Source: Balamuthia mandrillaris (taxonomy: Eukaryota). Taken from it: DNA of 64,000 nucleotides. Positions 51,741 through 64,000 of the stretch are shown one piece after another. The stretch spans positions 186,001-250,000 of the forward strand of contig JAVKOQ020000002.1 in NCBI GenBank assembly GCA_031835245.2, in the 5' to 3' direction. The notes beneath the pieces were generated by a model. It had not been told where the DNA came from and searched no databases. It saw only the letters and a program-made list of their open reading frames with translations. Within the stretch, counting starts at the first letter, position 1. Each line of letters begins with the position of its first letter. A program made the position numbers and the translations under genes.

Positions 51741-51940
51741 TAAATCCGTTTTTGTTTTAGATTCTTTTTTCGTTGGCGATGAGAGCAGATCTTCATTAGT
51801 AGAGAGAGGAGAGAGAGAGAAAAACTAGCAAATAAACAAGGCAATTTTGGAAGGAAAACAAACAAGCAAAAAAAGTGTGCTTCCTTTGTTCTTTGTTTTC
51901 TGTATTGTTGTTAACACTTCTTTCTTTTGGTTTTTTCGGT

Positions 51941-54657
51941 TTAGGCCAGATAATTGTAGATTTTTCTGTCCGATTTAGAACGTTCCAACTGAGATGAAAA
52001 ACAACAAGTCAGCACATAGGTCCAAAACAGTAAAACAAAAGTTCAACAACAGAAACAAAGGAGAGAAGAAAAAAAAACGTACGTATTCACGCTCAATAAG
52101 ACTCTCAATTCTCTTTTTGACGATGATGGGGCTGGGCATGAACCTCGAAGACAGCTGCTTGGTGACCTCCGCAATGAGGGCGCTGTGCTCCATGGTCTTC
52201 CTGGCCTTCATGATACGCACGATGCCGGCCTCGATCTGATGCTTTCTGTCCTCGTCCACTTTAAGCCTGGTGACTGTTCGCTCCTCGTTGCTCTCGCCGC
52301 GCTGCACCGTCATGACCCTCACGCGGAACAGCTTGCTGCGGAAAGCCTTGTTAAAGGTGAAGGCATCCTCGTCCTTGACCTGCTTGCCCTCCGCCTCCTT
52401 CTTCAGGATCTTGTACTTGGCCAAGCTCAGGGAGAGTAGGTTGCGTTTCAGGTCAGGAATGGGAATGCCGGTGGCGTCGCGGATCTCCTTAAAAGTCAAC
52501 GTGTCGGCGGTGTTGAAGAGCAGCAGGATGACCATTTGGTAGGTGCTGACCATGAGCTCGTGCTTCTTGGTGCCAAAGAAAGCTTTCAAGTCGGCCGTGC
52601 CCATGTTGGTTTGCCAAGTGAGACGGCGGCCGTTGTGGTGGGAGAGGTAGAACTTCTTAAAGACCTCGCAGCAAGTCAGAACCTCCGTGGGAAGGTTGCA
52701 CTTAGCGGCGCTTTGGGTGGGCCAGAAGCCTGTTGTCAGCACGTGAACGCTCAGGTCGACACCTCCCAGTGCGTCTTTCTGTGTATTTAAAAAGGATCAG
52801 TCGTGAGTTTTTGTTCAAAATAAAGAAGAAAACGAGAAAGAAAACGTACGCCAACTTCCGAAATGTAGTTCTTGAAGTTCTCCATTGTGTCAGAAGAGAG
52901 TTTCATATCGGTAAACATACCTTCCAGCTTGGAAGTAAATTGGTAGCCGCACTCCGTCTGTCATTTGAAAGCAATATGGAAAATCAGACAAGAACGGGAG
53001 AGAAAGCGAAAAAGAAAAAAGGCCACGAAAAGAACCTTGAGCTTGGCAATCATGTTACGTTCGGCATCATCAGAGACGCTTCTGCCGAGCAACAAACGCT
53101 TGGCCAGATGCTGCTTGTAGTACTTTTCAAACACGTCCTTCTCCTGGATGTACCTGAACAACATCATGACTTTATCCAAAATGACTTCCACCTCCTCCTC
53201 GCTCACACCCTTCAATCCCTTCTTCAGCTTCTCGTCGATGAACAACGAGATAAACTCGGGAGATTTGTTGTTGAGATTGATGAAGAACTCAAACGCCTAG
53301 AATTGCGAGAGAAGATCAAACGTGAGAAAAACAAAATAAGAGAGAAACGAAATAAAAGAAAGAACAAACCTGATTGAGAGCGTGTTGAAAGTTCTTGTCG
53401 TTGAGGAAAGCGCCCGTAAGAAGTTGGTCGTACTTCTCCTTCAAGTCCAGCAAGGCTTGAACATAGAGGTTGGGGTTTTCGTTCTTTTCAGGATCATTGA
53501 CAAGGGCTTTGCCCGTTTCACGAACAAAGTTGCTGATCTTGTCCTTCATGAACGACAAACCGTTGCTTACGCGAGAGAACAAATTGTACATTCTCTGTAG
53601 ATCTATTTTTTAAAATAAAGGTCAGTTTTTTTTTTCAAATAAAAGGAAATACAGGCGAACAACGTTACCCTCAAATTTGTTATCTTTGAGCATAGAAATA
53701 CAACCAGAGCCTTCCATCTAATTTATCATCAATATATTGGTTAAAAACAAACTCTAAAGAGAGAGAGAGAGAGAGAAGCAAAGAAAAAGTTCAAACCTCG
53801 ATGAGAGTCTTCATGTGAGCGGCAATCAATTCCGTTTCGACCACATCCTTGATCTTGGGTTCGGTGCTGGAGTCGAGGTAATGAGCCACACGGTCCATCT
53901 CCTCGTTGATCCTGATGGAGACCTTGCGCATGTAGTCAGAGGCGCTGTTGGAGGAGATAAACTCCTGAGACTCAATCCGATAAAAGTCGGCGGACGTCTC
54001 CAAAAAGTGTCTCTCAAAGTCTTCTTCGTAGACGTTTCTGCTGTTCACTCCCAGATCTATTAACATTTGGGTGATGCTCTTAACCAAACTTCGGTTGATG
54101 ACCTCACCCTTCCTCTCCTTCTCCACCAGTCCCAGCAATGTCTTAAGGAGCCGGTCCTTGATCCTTGGCGCGCGAGCGATGTTGTCTCGGAACAGCATCA
54201 AGCCCAAGTCGTAGACCGTTGGTACGTTGTGATGCATTACATAAACTCGATCCTTTTAGATTAATGCCGAAGAGAGTTAGTAAAAAAGAATTGAGAAGAG
54301 AGAACAAAAGCAAAACATGAGAGAAGAGAACAAATATGAGGATAACAAATACACAAAGAAAATACGTACCATGTACATCAAAATATCACGAATCATCAAC
54401 ATGGAGATCTTGTGGTCGGACCATGCTTTGTTCAGTTGTTCAAGGAAGAATTCGTCGTTAGCGGCAGCCACATCGTTAGCGACCTCTTTCAAGTGCTCGT
54501 CAACCACTTGTTGGAGGCCCTTGTACAAACGATCTCCGTACTTGTGCAGAACCATGTTGTACGAGTTTCTACAAAACAGAGATAGCGAAGGTGATGAGCA
54601 AAGAGAGAGGGAGGAAAAAAATGAGAAAGCCAAGGCGTAGAAGAGAGAAAGACAAGG

Positions 54658-54688
<31 letters not shown>

Positions 54689-54963
54689 ACAGGATGAGAG
54701 AAGAGAAGGACAAGAGAGGAGGAGAAAAGAGAAAGAGGGAAAGGGGAAGAAGAGAGAAAGAGAGCGAAGGAGCAAAAGGAGAAACGAAAAAAATAATAGC
54801 AATTTTACCTGTAGAGCTCTTCGAAGCTGAGCTCGCTGGCATTTTGTTTGTGGATCTTGTGGATGGCGCCCTTCAGCAGTTTCCAGGTGTTCTCCGCATA
54901 GTTAGGGTCCATCTGCACCTGGTGCCGAAAGGGCTTGATCGTGATCTTGGGCTTCTTCGACAT
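51941..54963 (-). CDS. CUL3: Cullin-3; multi-exon
   Basis: [74 protein letters not shown] (neddylation site), [15 protein letters not shown]...YNYLA*. Confidence 0.96.
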
Positions 54964-55080
54964 TTTGTTTGTTTCTTTAAAAAAAGACTATACTCTTCTT
55001 CCTTCTTGTTTGTTTTTTTTCTCTTCTTTTCTTTAAAAAAACCCAAAAAAAAAATAGATGAGTAAAATAAATATTAAGAG

Positions 55081-55129
<49 letters not shown>

Positions 55130-55678
55130 AAAAATAAATAAATAAATAAAAGAATAGGAGTAAAAAATAGGGGAGAAAAAAAGACAACCAACCCCGTTCT
55201 GTCCTGTTCCCTTTTTCAGCGGAGGAGCGTCTCACAACGGTTTCTTTTGGCGAAATCGAGCGATCAGATGGATTGATTATTTATTTATTTGTTAAAAGCA
55301 AGCCTATTTCTCTAAAAACAAACCTTTTTTAAAGGGTGGGTTCGAAGACACACGTACAGCTGCTCTCACGAACGCTAAGGCCTTTGTTTTCGGATCAAAA
55401 GAGAGAGCTAGAGCGAGAGAGAAAGAGAGCGCAACAAAAAAAAAATAAAGAAAGAAACACAAAAAAATTTTGGTGAAACTTTTTTCTTTTCACGAAAACA
55501 CTTCTTTATTGTCGACGATCTTGTTTTCTGATCTAGCCTACTCGCCCTATCAAAATTCAAAAATTATATTAAACGCCTCTTCGCTTTTTTGTCGACATGG
55601 CAATAAAATAATTTGTTTCCTTTAAAATAGTTTATAAAGAGAGAAGCAAGAAGAATAACAAAAAAAAAACAAGGACCC

Positions 55679-55858
55679 ATGGCATCCCAACCCCCGCCAC
55701 CGCCAAAGCAAGAAGTGAAGCCGATAGACCCGAGGCTTATCCGCCCGGCTTGCAGCATGCCATGCCCTCAGCCACGGCCCTCTCCCTCCAATGCGCCCCC
55801 TGCTGTGGTCCCGCCCTCGCCGCCCTCCTCTGCCTCGTCCGTTCCTCCCCCTGGTTGA
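55679..55858 (+). CDS. Putative 59-aa proline-rich microprotein
   Basis: GC-rich ORF MASQPPPPPKQEVKPIDPRLIRPACSMPCPQPRPSPSNAPPAVVPPSPPSSASSVPPPG* in AT-rich flanks, with an A-rich leader, TATAAAG at 55633 and TGTCGACA at 55590. Confidence 0.5.
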   Translation: MASQPPPPPKQEVKPIDPRLIRPACSMPCPQPRPSPSNAPPAVVPPSPPSSASSVPPPG

Positions 55859-55978
55859 ATACAAGCACGGAGAAGGCAGAAAAAAAAAACCTCTCTCTTC
55901 TCGGCCTGAAGTTGTGAAGTTGTTAGTCTGGTTTGCTGTACAAAATATTATGTTCTTGTTTCACCAAAAAGTTCTTTA

Positions 55979-56589
55979 TTAACATGTTTGCTGTTGTTGT
56001 TGCTTTACTTCTACGTCTGCTTCTTCTTCTTCTTCGTAGTCATCACCGTCATCATCTGGAACACCAAAACGTGCAACAACAGGTTGATGGTCCGAAGCAC
56101 CTTCCTCATAACCATCCACCACCCGACAGGCCTGGCACGTTAGCACCTCCTTGGCCGAAGAATACAAGACGTGGTCCAACCGTTTCTTGGAGATGTACAA
56201 ACCCTTGAGGAAGGGCCATCGATGCGTCTCTCGGTTGGGGGGCACGAACTCGTTCAGAGCGTCTCTCAGATGTAGCCTCTGTTGAATGCTTTGTATGCCT
56301 GGCGCTGAGTCGTGCTCGTTGAAGTCTCCAACTACAATCACAGGACCGCTGCTTCTTGTTGGCGAAGAGGCAGCAGCAAACTGTTCTATTCGTTGAGCCA
56401 AGTACTGAAGCTCAGCACGACGAATGGGGTTGGTTCTGCGTGCCGTGAAGATGCCGGCACTGCCATCGTCCTCCAGAGGAGGGCGTAAATGGACCACCGC
56501 GAGGATGATGGTCTTGTTCCTCTGGCCTTTGCTCGCCAGCTGCAGTTCGCCTAACCACATCGGGAACCAACTGTTGTTTATTTGTGAAC

Positions 56590-56633
<44 letters not shown>

Positions 56634-57054
56634 GTGAGTGAGTGAGTGAGTAGTACCTTCCTTTGATCCCATCTTCCTTTGGGAACAACGTGGAGTGCCG
56701 TAGAATGGGCAGCTTGGAGTAGACAACGATGCCGCCGGCACCTCCGCTGACGTTAACCACAGCCTTGTAAGGCCGTCTCTGCGGAGACACGAACTCGGGG
56801 GCGCCATGCGGCGAGGAGGCCAAGAAGGTCGTCCACCCGGCATGCGTCTCTTGCAAGCACGCCACGTCCACCTCCTCGTCGAGCTCACGCAGGGCAGCCG
56901 CCACGCGGACCGCTTCGGGGTCCACGCGAGAGGGGCGCTGCGCGTAGGCAAAGTTCACGTTGTAGGTCAGAACGGAAAAGAAAGAGGCCGCATGGGTGCT
57001 GTTCTTCTCGTGGTTATCGACGGCGTCGGAAGCGGCAGCCGCTGGGGAGAACAT
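55979..57054 (-). CDS. Endonuclease/exonuclease/phosphatase (EEP) superfamily protein; 2 exons
   Basis: VLTYNVNF, DVACLQET, VHLRPP, VVGDFNE, RLDHVLYS and SDHQPVVARF catalytic motifs. Start codon uncertain. Confidence 0.85.
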
Positions 57055-57303
57055 GAATAGGAGCGTAGTGTTGGTGGAAGAAGAGGAGGCAGTTCTTTCT
57101 TTCACTCTTTATGCATTTCACTGAAGGCAGCAAGCAGGTTACGCTCCTGCTCTTCTCCATCAGAAAGAAAGCAGAGAGAACGAAACAAGGGAGGGAGAAG
57201 TGAGGGAGAGAGAGAGAACGTATGAAAGAGAGAAGAGAAGGACACTCAGCAGTAAAGAAAAAGTTGTTTGTTATTGGGTTGTGGTCACTTGTTCTTGGTA
57301 AAT

Positions 57304-58829
57304 TTACACAGTCATGGCACCAAAGACAGGGTTGTGCCTGCAGATGGAAGGGCCGTGCTCATCATAGGCAGCCTTGGTGTGGCACACGTTGTAGAACTCG
57401 GGAGTGGAGGCCAACATGCTGCCGCCAAACCATACGGCGAACCTCTGCATGTGGTGAGAGACCACCTTCACGTCAACGGGGGCGGGCTTGACGCGGCCAC
57501 CGCTCAGCTCCTCGCTTCTCTTGATGCGGTAGTCGACGGCGCGCTTGATGTCCCTCTGCAAGCGCTTGCCAAAGTCCTTGAACATGGTGGAACCACCGCT
57601 CAGCACAATGTTCTGTTGTTTGGAGTAATGTCAGTTTGTGGTGAGAGAAACAACAAAAAGATAATATTAGGGAAAGCAAACCTTGTAGAGACCACGACGA
57701 GTATCAATGGGGCAGCTCTGGACGGTGTCGTCAACGACCTTGGGAAGGGGGGTCAAAAAGTCGCTGCTAAAGATCTCGGGGTTGAAGAAGATTTCAGGGC
57801 CGAGGAAGCGCTCATAGCCGACGTCCACGACGTAGGGTTGCTTGGTGACGGAGTCTCTGCCCTCCCACGTCTTGAACCACTTGTCGGGCTCAGTGTCGTA
57901 CTTCTTGTACTCCCTCACGATGTCAGGGCAGACGTAAGAGAAGGTCTCCTTGACGCGCTTGGCAGTCTCCAGGGACTCGGCGGGGGGGATCTTCTCGTTA
58001 CGCTCACGGTGGAGCTGCTGGACAAAGGCGGTGATGTCGCGGCCAGCAAGAGGAATGTGCTTGATGCTGCTGCCGATGACGTAACCCTCAGCCACGGGGA
58101 TGACGTGGGTCACACCGTCACCAGAGTCAATGACGGTACCGGTGAGGGTCTTCTCTGTGACCTGCTTGGAGGTCCAGGAAGCGGCCAAGGCCAACACGGC
58201 TTGCACGGCAATGTAAAGACCCTTTTTTTATTTGAGTGAGAAAAATGTATGGGAGTGAAGGATGAGAAAGAGGCAGAAAGGGGGAATAAGTACCGGCACG
58301 TTGAAGGTCTCGAACATGATCTCTGCGGTGTACTCCCTGTTCTCGGGAGCGTTCAAGGGGGGCTCGGTCTTTTGCGCAAGACAAAGAAAATGGGGATTAG
58401 ATTTGTGTTTGTTTTGCACTCACTGTCGATTAATTTAACAAAAAAGAGGAAAGCTGTGCTTACCAGCAAGAAGTGGTGATCCTCAGGCTCACAACGGAGG
58501 TATTTGAAGATGCACTGCTCCCAGAACTGTTCCATGAGGGTCCAGTTCTCAACCTGACCGTGGCGCACGGGCATGGTGACCTGGTAGGTCTTGGAGTTCT
58601 CGTAGGCCTCATCTCCAATGAAGAAGTCAAGGTCAGGGATGCCGCCGGCCTTCTGGCCAGAGCGGGCGCCGGTAGCGGCGGGGGCACCGGGGCCTCCGGC
58701 CTTGGGGGCGGCAGGGTTGGCGATGGCCGTGGGGATGATGTATTGCGGCTCTGTGTTGCCGGCGTAACCCATCTTGGTGTAGCCGGTACCATTGTCGATG
58801 ACAACTGCAGGCAAACCTGAGCGACTCAT
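57304..58829 (-). CDS. ACTR3: Actin-related protein 3 (Arp2/3 complex); 4 coding exons
   Basis: [88 protein letters not shown]. Confidence 0.97.
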
Positions 58830-59735
58830 TGTGATTGATTTAATAAAAAAGTTTTTTCTGTTGGGTGTGCAGACAAAAAAATAATGGATAGAGTGATGGA
58901 GTCAGTTTCAGATTAACGGGAGAAGAACACCTAGAAATGACGAGTCCAAAAATACAAACACACCAAAAAACTTAATAAAAAAAATCAAACACACACAAGG
59001 ACTGTGAGAAAAATGAACAAATCCTTGTTTTTTGTTTGTTTGTGTTCTTGTCTTTCACTCTTTTCTTTCCCTTCGAGACACACACACACAAAAAAAAAAT
59101 AATTGAACGATAATCGTCCGTGAAAAAGAAAGAGAGAGCGACTTGCTCGAAGAGCAAGAGAGAGAAGCGCTCAAACAAACAAATTTAAAAAAAAAAACTC
59201 GAACAAACCTACACTCTACAGCTGGCCTGCTTTACCTCTCTTCCTCCCCTTTCGCTCTCTTTTTTTTTTGTTTGGGTAAGTGTGCGTTGAAGCTGTGAAG
59301 GCCTCTATCGCAATTTAATTTTATGTTTTTGGTTGGTCTCCCTTTTTTTGGTTGCAAACCCAAAAGAAAATAATAAAGACGGTTGGCTTGTCGTGGCAAT
59401 AGGGCGGGCGCGAGTGGCGCTGGGTGGGAGTGTGTCCAGCGAGCGGGCGGCGAAATAATTTTTTTCAATTTTCTGTCTGCCAATGGCAGCGCTTTTGGCA
59501 CGTCAGCTTTTACCTTTCATTTGTATGCTTACGTCATGTAATTAGATTGCCCGAGGGGTCTAGTTCATACTGATTTTGTGTCGACAGAAATATTTGCACT
59601 GCCACGAAAAAAACAAAACATTCGTTTAGAGTGGGAGGAATCCCATTTTTTTTTTCTTTGTTTGACCCAACTCACGAAATAAAAAAGGAAGGGCAAGGGA
59701 CGATGCAAAAATAACAACAACACCACAGAGAGTTT

Positions 59736-62250
59736 TTATGATGCTTGTTCGTTGTTGTTGTTGTTGCTTCCGCCGGCCTCCTCGGGCTTCATGGCAGGGA
59801 AGAGCAGCACCTCCTTGATGTTGATGTTGTCCGTCAAGAACATGGTCATGCGGTCGATGCCCATGCCCCAACCGGCAGTGGGAGGCAGGCCATACTCCAA
59901 ACTGGTACAGAACACTTCGTCGACCAGTTGAGCTTCCTCATCACCTGCTGCTTTGTCCTTGGCTTGGGCCTCAAAGCGTTCGCGCTGAATGTGAGGGTCG
60001 TTCAATTCGGTGTAGGCATTGCAAATCTCCTTGGTGTGCACGAACAACTCGAAGCGTTCGGTCAAGCCGGGCTTAGATCGATGCCTTAGTTTTGTTATAC
60101 AAGGTTAAAATCAAAACCGAAACAAAAAATGAAGAGAGAGAAAGAAATGTGAAATAGAAGAGTGAAGAGAAAGGAAATGGGACAGTACCATTTGGCCAAA
60201 GGACTCATGATTTGAGGGTGCTCCAAAATAAAGGTGGGGTTGATGCACTGCGGCTCAATGAATTCGCCCACAAGCTTTGTTAAGTAGTTTTTGTGAGACA
60301 ATGAAACATACAAAAGCAAAGAAAACAAACAATTGATAAAGAAAGTCAACTGTGACAATAAAATACCTTGTCCAACAAGCGAGCAGTAGTCAAAGGAGGA
60401 GCGCACTCAACGCCCAATTCCTTGCATTTGTCGATCAAATACTGTCTCGTCGCTATTGTTTAATATTAATATTGTTAAACGTCAACACAACAACAAAAAA
60501 AAAACCAAAATACGGCAAAAAAAAAGAACCGTACATTCAGCGGCATAGTCTTCGGGCACCTTGACGCCATGCTCTGCCAAACCCTCCATCATGGGGATCC
60601 TCCTGAATGGAGGAGTAAAGTCGATCTCAACGCCGGGACCCTCAGGGCCTTGCGGGTGGTACGTGATCTTGTAGCCGCCGGTGAGCTCCTTGACCATGCC
60701 GGAGACCAGCTTCTCCGTTATGTCCAAGAGGTCGTTCACGTCGGCGTAGGCCCAGTAGAACTCGCATGTGGTGAACTCGGGGTTGTGCGTCAAGTCAATG
60801 CCTAAGAAAATAGAACATTTTAGTTCGTTTGGGAGAACCAACGAAGAAAACAACTAAACGAAAAGGGAAACACAAACCTTCATTCCTAAACTGACGACCG
60901 ATTTCATAGACTCTCTCGATGCCTCCGACTACCAACTGCTTGAGGTAAAGCTCAGGCGCAATACGCATGAAGAGGTCCAGGTTGAGGTCGTTGTGATGGG
61001 TGATGAAAGGCTTGGCGGCGGCTCCTCCGGCAATCATGTTCATCATGGGCGTCTCCACTTCCAAGAAGCCCCTTGTGTCCAAGAAACGCCGGATGTAATT
61101 GATGATCTTGGCGCGCTGGAAGAAGATGTCACGAATGTGGTTATTGACGATGAGGTCAAGGTAGCGCTTGCGGTAACGGATCTCTTGATCCACGAGCTTT
61201 TGGCCCTTAGCCGCGTTGGGAAGCATGTGAAGGCAAGGGGAGAGGAGCTTCACGGTTCTGGGGATTATGCTAAGTTCGCCTCTCTTGGCCTTGGCTTTTG
61301 GTTGTTGGTATTTGTTGTATTAGGATAACCAAGGAAAAAGAAATAGAGAACGAAGACATCAGCGGAAGGCATAGCTTACCAGGGAATCCGCTAACACCAA
61401 TGACGTCTCCTCTGCGAAGCATGTTGTGAACCTTGAAGAAAGCCTCTTCGCTCTCATATTCACTGCGAACAAGTGTAATGTCAGTGAAATAAGGAGGGAA
61501 GAAGCAAAAGCGAGTTTTTTGCACTTACCGAACGTCGGACAGAACCTGCAGTTTGGTGCCATTGCCCTGAAGATCATAGAACACCAGCTTGGAACCGCTT
61601 GTACGCTTGCTCAAAATACGTCCTTACAGTTGAGAAAGCAACGGCAGTGAGAAAAGAGAGTTTCCTCACAAACACAGCACTGAAAAAAAAAAGAGGTGGT
61701 ACCAGCAACAGAAACGGACACCTCCGGCTGTTTAGTGTCGTTCTCAAGGTGAGAGAATTGAGCAATGTACTCGGGCAAAGTGTGGGTGACCTCGAACTTG
61801 TGAGGATACACGTCCAGGTTCTCCTGCTCTCTCAACTCTTGCAGCTTGCCCACACGATTGTCGAAATATTTCTGAGTAAGAGAAAAAAAAATAGTGTCAA
61901 AACAACAAAACGGAAAGTGTAAAGTGAGCGAGTGCAAAAGTGGTGGACTTACGCTGGGATCGATGGGATCCTCGTCCACGAGCTTGTGCTTTTGTCCGTC
62001 GCTCGGCTCACGAGCGGCAGCGGCCTTCTTCTTCTCCTCTTTCTTGGCAGCAGCTCGTTGCGCTCTCTCTCGTCGCTTCTGCTCACTGTTTTTTTAACAA
62101 AAAAAATAATCCATTAGCACAAAAAAAAAGCATGAATGAATGAAAGGAAAGGAAGAGGAGAATATCATCATAAAATTAAAATAGAAGAAATACAAACTTC
62201 TTGCTCAGCTTTTCCTCTCCAGCGCCGCCAGTGTTTTCGACAGGTTCCAT
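59736..62250 (-). CDS. KARS1: Lysyl-tRNA synthetase class II; multi-exon
   Basis: [95 protein letters not shown]. Confidence 0.97.
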
Positions 62251-63074
62251 GTTCTTGTGTGTGTGTGTGATTATAAAATCAAAAAAAATAAAATAAATAA
62301 GCTGCGAGTAGTGAAGATGAGATCAGGTCCCGCTACTCTGTTTCTTTTAAGTTTCGCCAATGTCAAATAATTTATTTTTTTGGGTCTATTTTCTTTCTTT
62401 TTTGTCGTTTTCTGAGTAATTTCTTAGGATCCATTCGGATGCGCGGTGGAGGAAAATCCCTGTGTTCCCCGGACAGGAAATTCTGGACGAGCGGGACGAC
62501 CGAAAAAGTCCCATCCGTGGAGCTGCATGAAAATATCATGACGTCGTGACGAAAGAAATGGCCAGAAAAGAGCAAATTTTGCACACAAGAAAAGGAAGAG
62601 GAAAGAAAAGATCATAATACTTCATGGAGGAGCGTGGGAAGGGTTGTCGCAAGAGAGGGAATGATTTTGCCATATGTTTGTGCAGCTGCCCGAGGACGGG
62701 GTGACAGTGGTTGCCTGGACCTGCAAGTGCAGGGAGGGAGGATAGTAGGCAACCTTTCAGTTCAAACTGCCAGCAAAGGATTGAGGAGGCGAGAAACCAG
62801 TCCTCCCCGAACTTACCAAGGAAAAAGTAAGTCGATGCAATCTTGGGTTGGTTTGAAGAGTAGCCGAGACCCACATTTTGATGCTTCCTCTGGTCGCAGA
62901 GTCAAGGCAACAAGAGTTCCAGGTACACAACGGCTCAAAAGAAGAAGAAGAACAAGGAGAACCAAGAAGAAGAAAGCGTTACAGAAAAAAAAGAAAAGCA
63001 TTGTTGCAAAAATAAAAATAAGACTGCTTGGACAATAACAAAAGGGAAGTTGTTTTTCTTTAAGTGTTACACTG

Positions 63075-63170
63075 TTAGCCGCAGCATCCGCCCTTGGCGT
63101 TGCCACCTTCAGCCAAGTTCTTGACGTCAGGGATATCAATGCTGTGAAACAAATATATAAGTAAATAAAG

Positions 63171-63214
<44 letters not shown>

Positions 63215-63961
63215 AGAGAGAGAAGTACGGTGGCTCGTCAGGAATGCGGGAGAGAGCAAGTTGAGCAGCGGCAAAGAAGGCTTGGTCTACATTAACAGCA
63301 TCTCGTGCACTGAATAAAACAAAAGTGAGAAACAAGGAGATTACATCTAAATACCCCAGAAAAACAAAGAGAGCAGAACAAAGAAGGAAGGATGGCGAAC
63401 AAACGGAGGAAAGGAGAAAGACACAAAAAGAACAAAGAGAGAACAAGGAGAAAGGAGAAGAGAGGAAGCAGAAACAAGAACAAGAAATATTTACCTTGCT
63501 TCGAAGAAGGGCATGTCGCCTCTCTCTCGACACCAGTTTTCTCCGGCCTTGGTAGAGACCGCTCTCCTGTCCTCCTGGTCCACTTTGTTGCCAATGACCA
63601 CGAAGGGGTAGTGGTCAGGGTCCGTAACGTTGGCCTGGACCAAGAACTCTGTCCGCCAGTTGGTCAGCGCCTCGAAGCTCTTGCTGTTGCACACGTCGTA
63701 GACCAGGATGCAGCAGTCCGCTCCTCTGTAGAACGAGTTTCCTAACGATTGGAAACGCTCTTGTCCAGCAGTGTCCTTTGTTGTTTTTGGTTTGTTCAGG
63801 TTTCATGTGTTCTTTCCTTAGGTTTAAAAGAGCTCCCAAAAAAAATATATATGTACCCAGATCTGAAGGGTGATGAACTTCTTGTCCACTTGGACCTCTT
63901 TGGTGAGAAAGTCAGCGCCAATGGTGGCTTTGTACTGTTCGCTGTACTTCTTGTTGACATA
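63075..63961 (-). CDS. RAB7: Rab7-like small GTPase; 5' end outside the window; multi-exon
   Basis: [69 protein letters not shown]-terminal GGCCG*. Confidence 0.9.
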
Positions 63962-64000
63962 GCTGCAATAAAAACAACAAAATGTTAACCAAAGAAATGT

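Noticed and set aside
57268..58239. 323-aa plus-strand ORF
   Set aside because: Antisense shadow of the codon-biased Arp3 gene; similar shadows occur opposite Nup54, WASP, BUD13 and CUL3.
62138..62175. ATGATGA box-C-like motif in the first LysRS intron (minus strand)
   Set aside because: Followed only by low-complexity pyrimidines, with no guide and no CTGA box.
62620..62900. Short ORF with TGA followed by open frame, and inverted repeats (GGTTGCCT/AGGCAACC), between LysRS and Rab7
   Set aside because: No selenoprotein-like motif, no SECIS and no recognisable RNA family; best read as Rab7 3'-UTR or LysRS upstream DNA.

Overview
Gene-dense, intron-rich eukaryotic nuclear DNA, most likely from an amoebozoan (Acanthamoeba/Balamuthia-like). 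The assignment is inferred from a cortexillin homologue, a minor-spliceosome intron, and short introns with sense-strand (CT)n tracts. I can support 26 protein-coding genes, often in tight head-to-head or tail-to-tail pairs: a Brahma/SNF2 remodeller (5'-truncated), an RNASEK/V-ATPase subunit f-like protein, a DUF4807-like protein, Nup54, a cortexillin-PH-LRR fusion, a ZIP transporter, ZC3H15, WASP, a C2-TBC-EF-hand protein, UBE2E, a GATA factor, UTP25, an HxHH membrane protein, Ras, a large orphan protein, a PH-PH-patatin, TRAX, an AFG2-like AAA ATPase, BUD13, MOCS3/UBA4, cullin-3, a 59-aa microprotein, an EEP hydrolase, Arp3, LysRS and a Rab7-like GTPase (5'-truncated). Main signals the ORF track misses: (1) a U12-type AT-AC intron at 40259-40340; (2) an intronic box C/D snoRNA in UTP25 with an 11-nt guide to SSU rRNA; (3) cortexillin fused in frame to PH and LRR domains; (4) a TBC Rab-GAP with Lys in place of the arginine finger; (5) a palindrome, TGTCGACA, recurring in upstream intergenic regions; (6) a Pro-rich microprotein gene. 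Exon boundaries were read by hand and family names come from recalled motifs, not database searches. I saw no tRNA, rRNA, CRISPR array or transposon.
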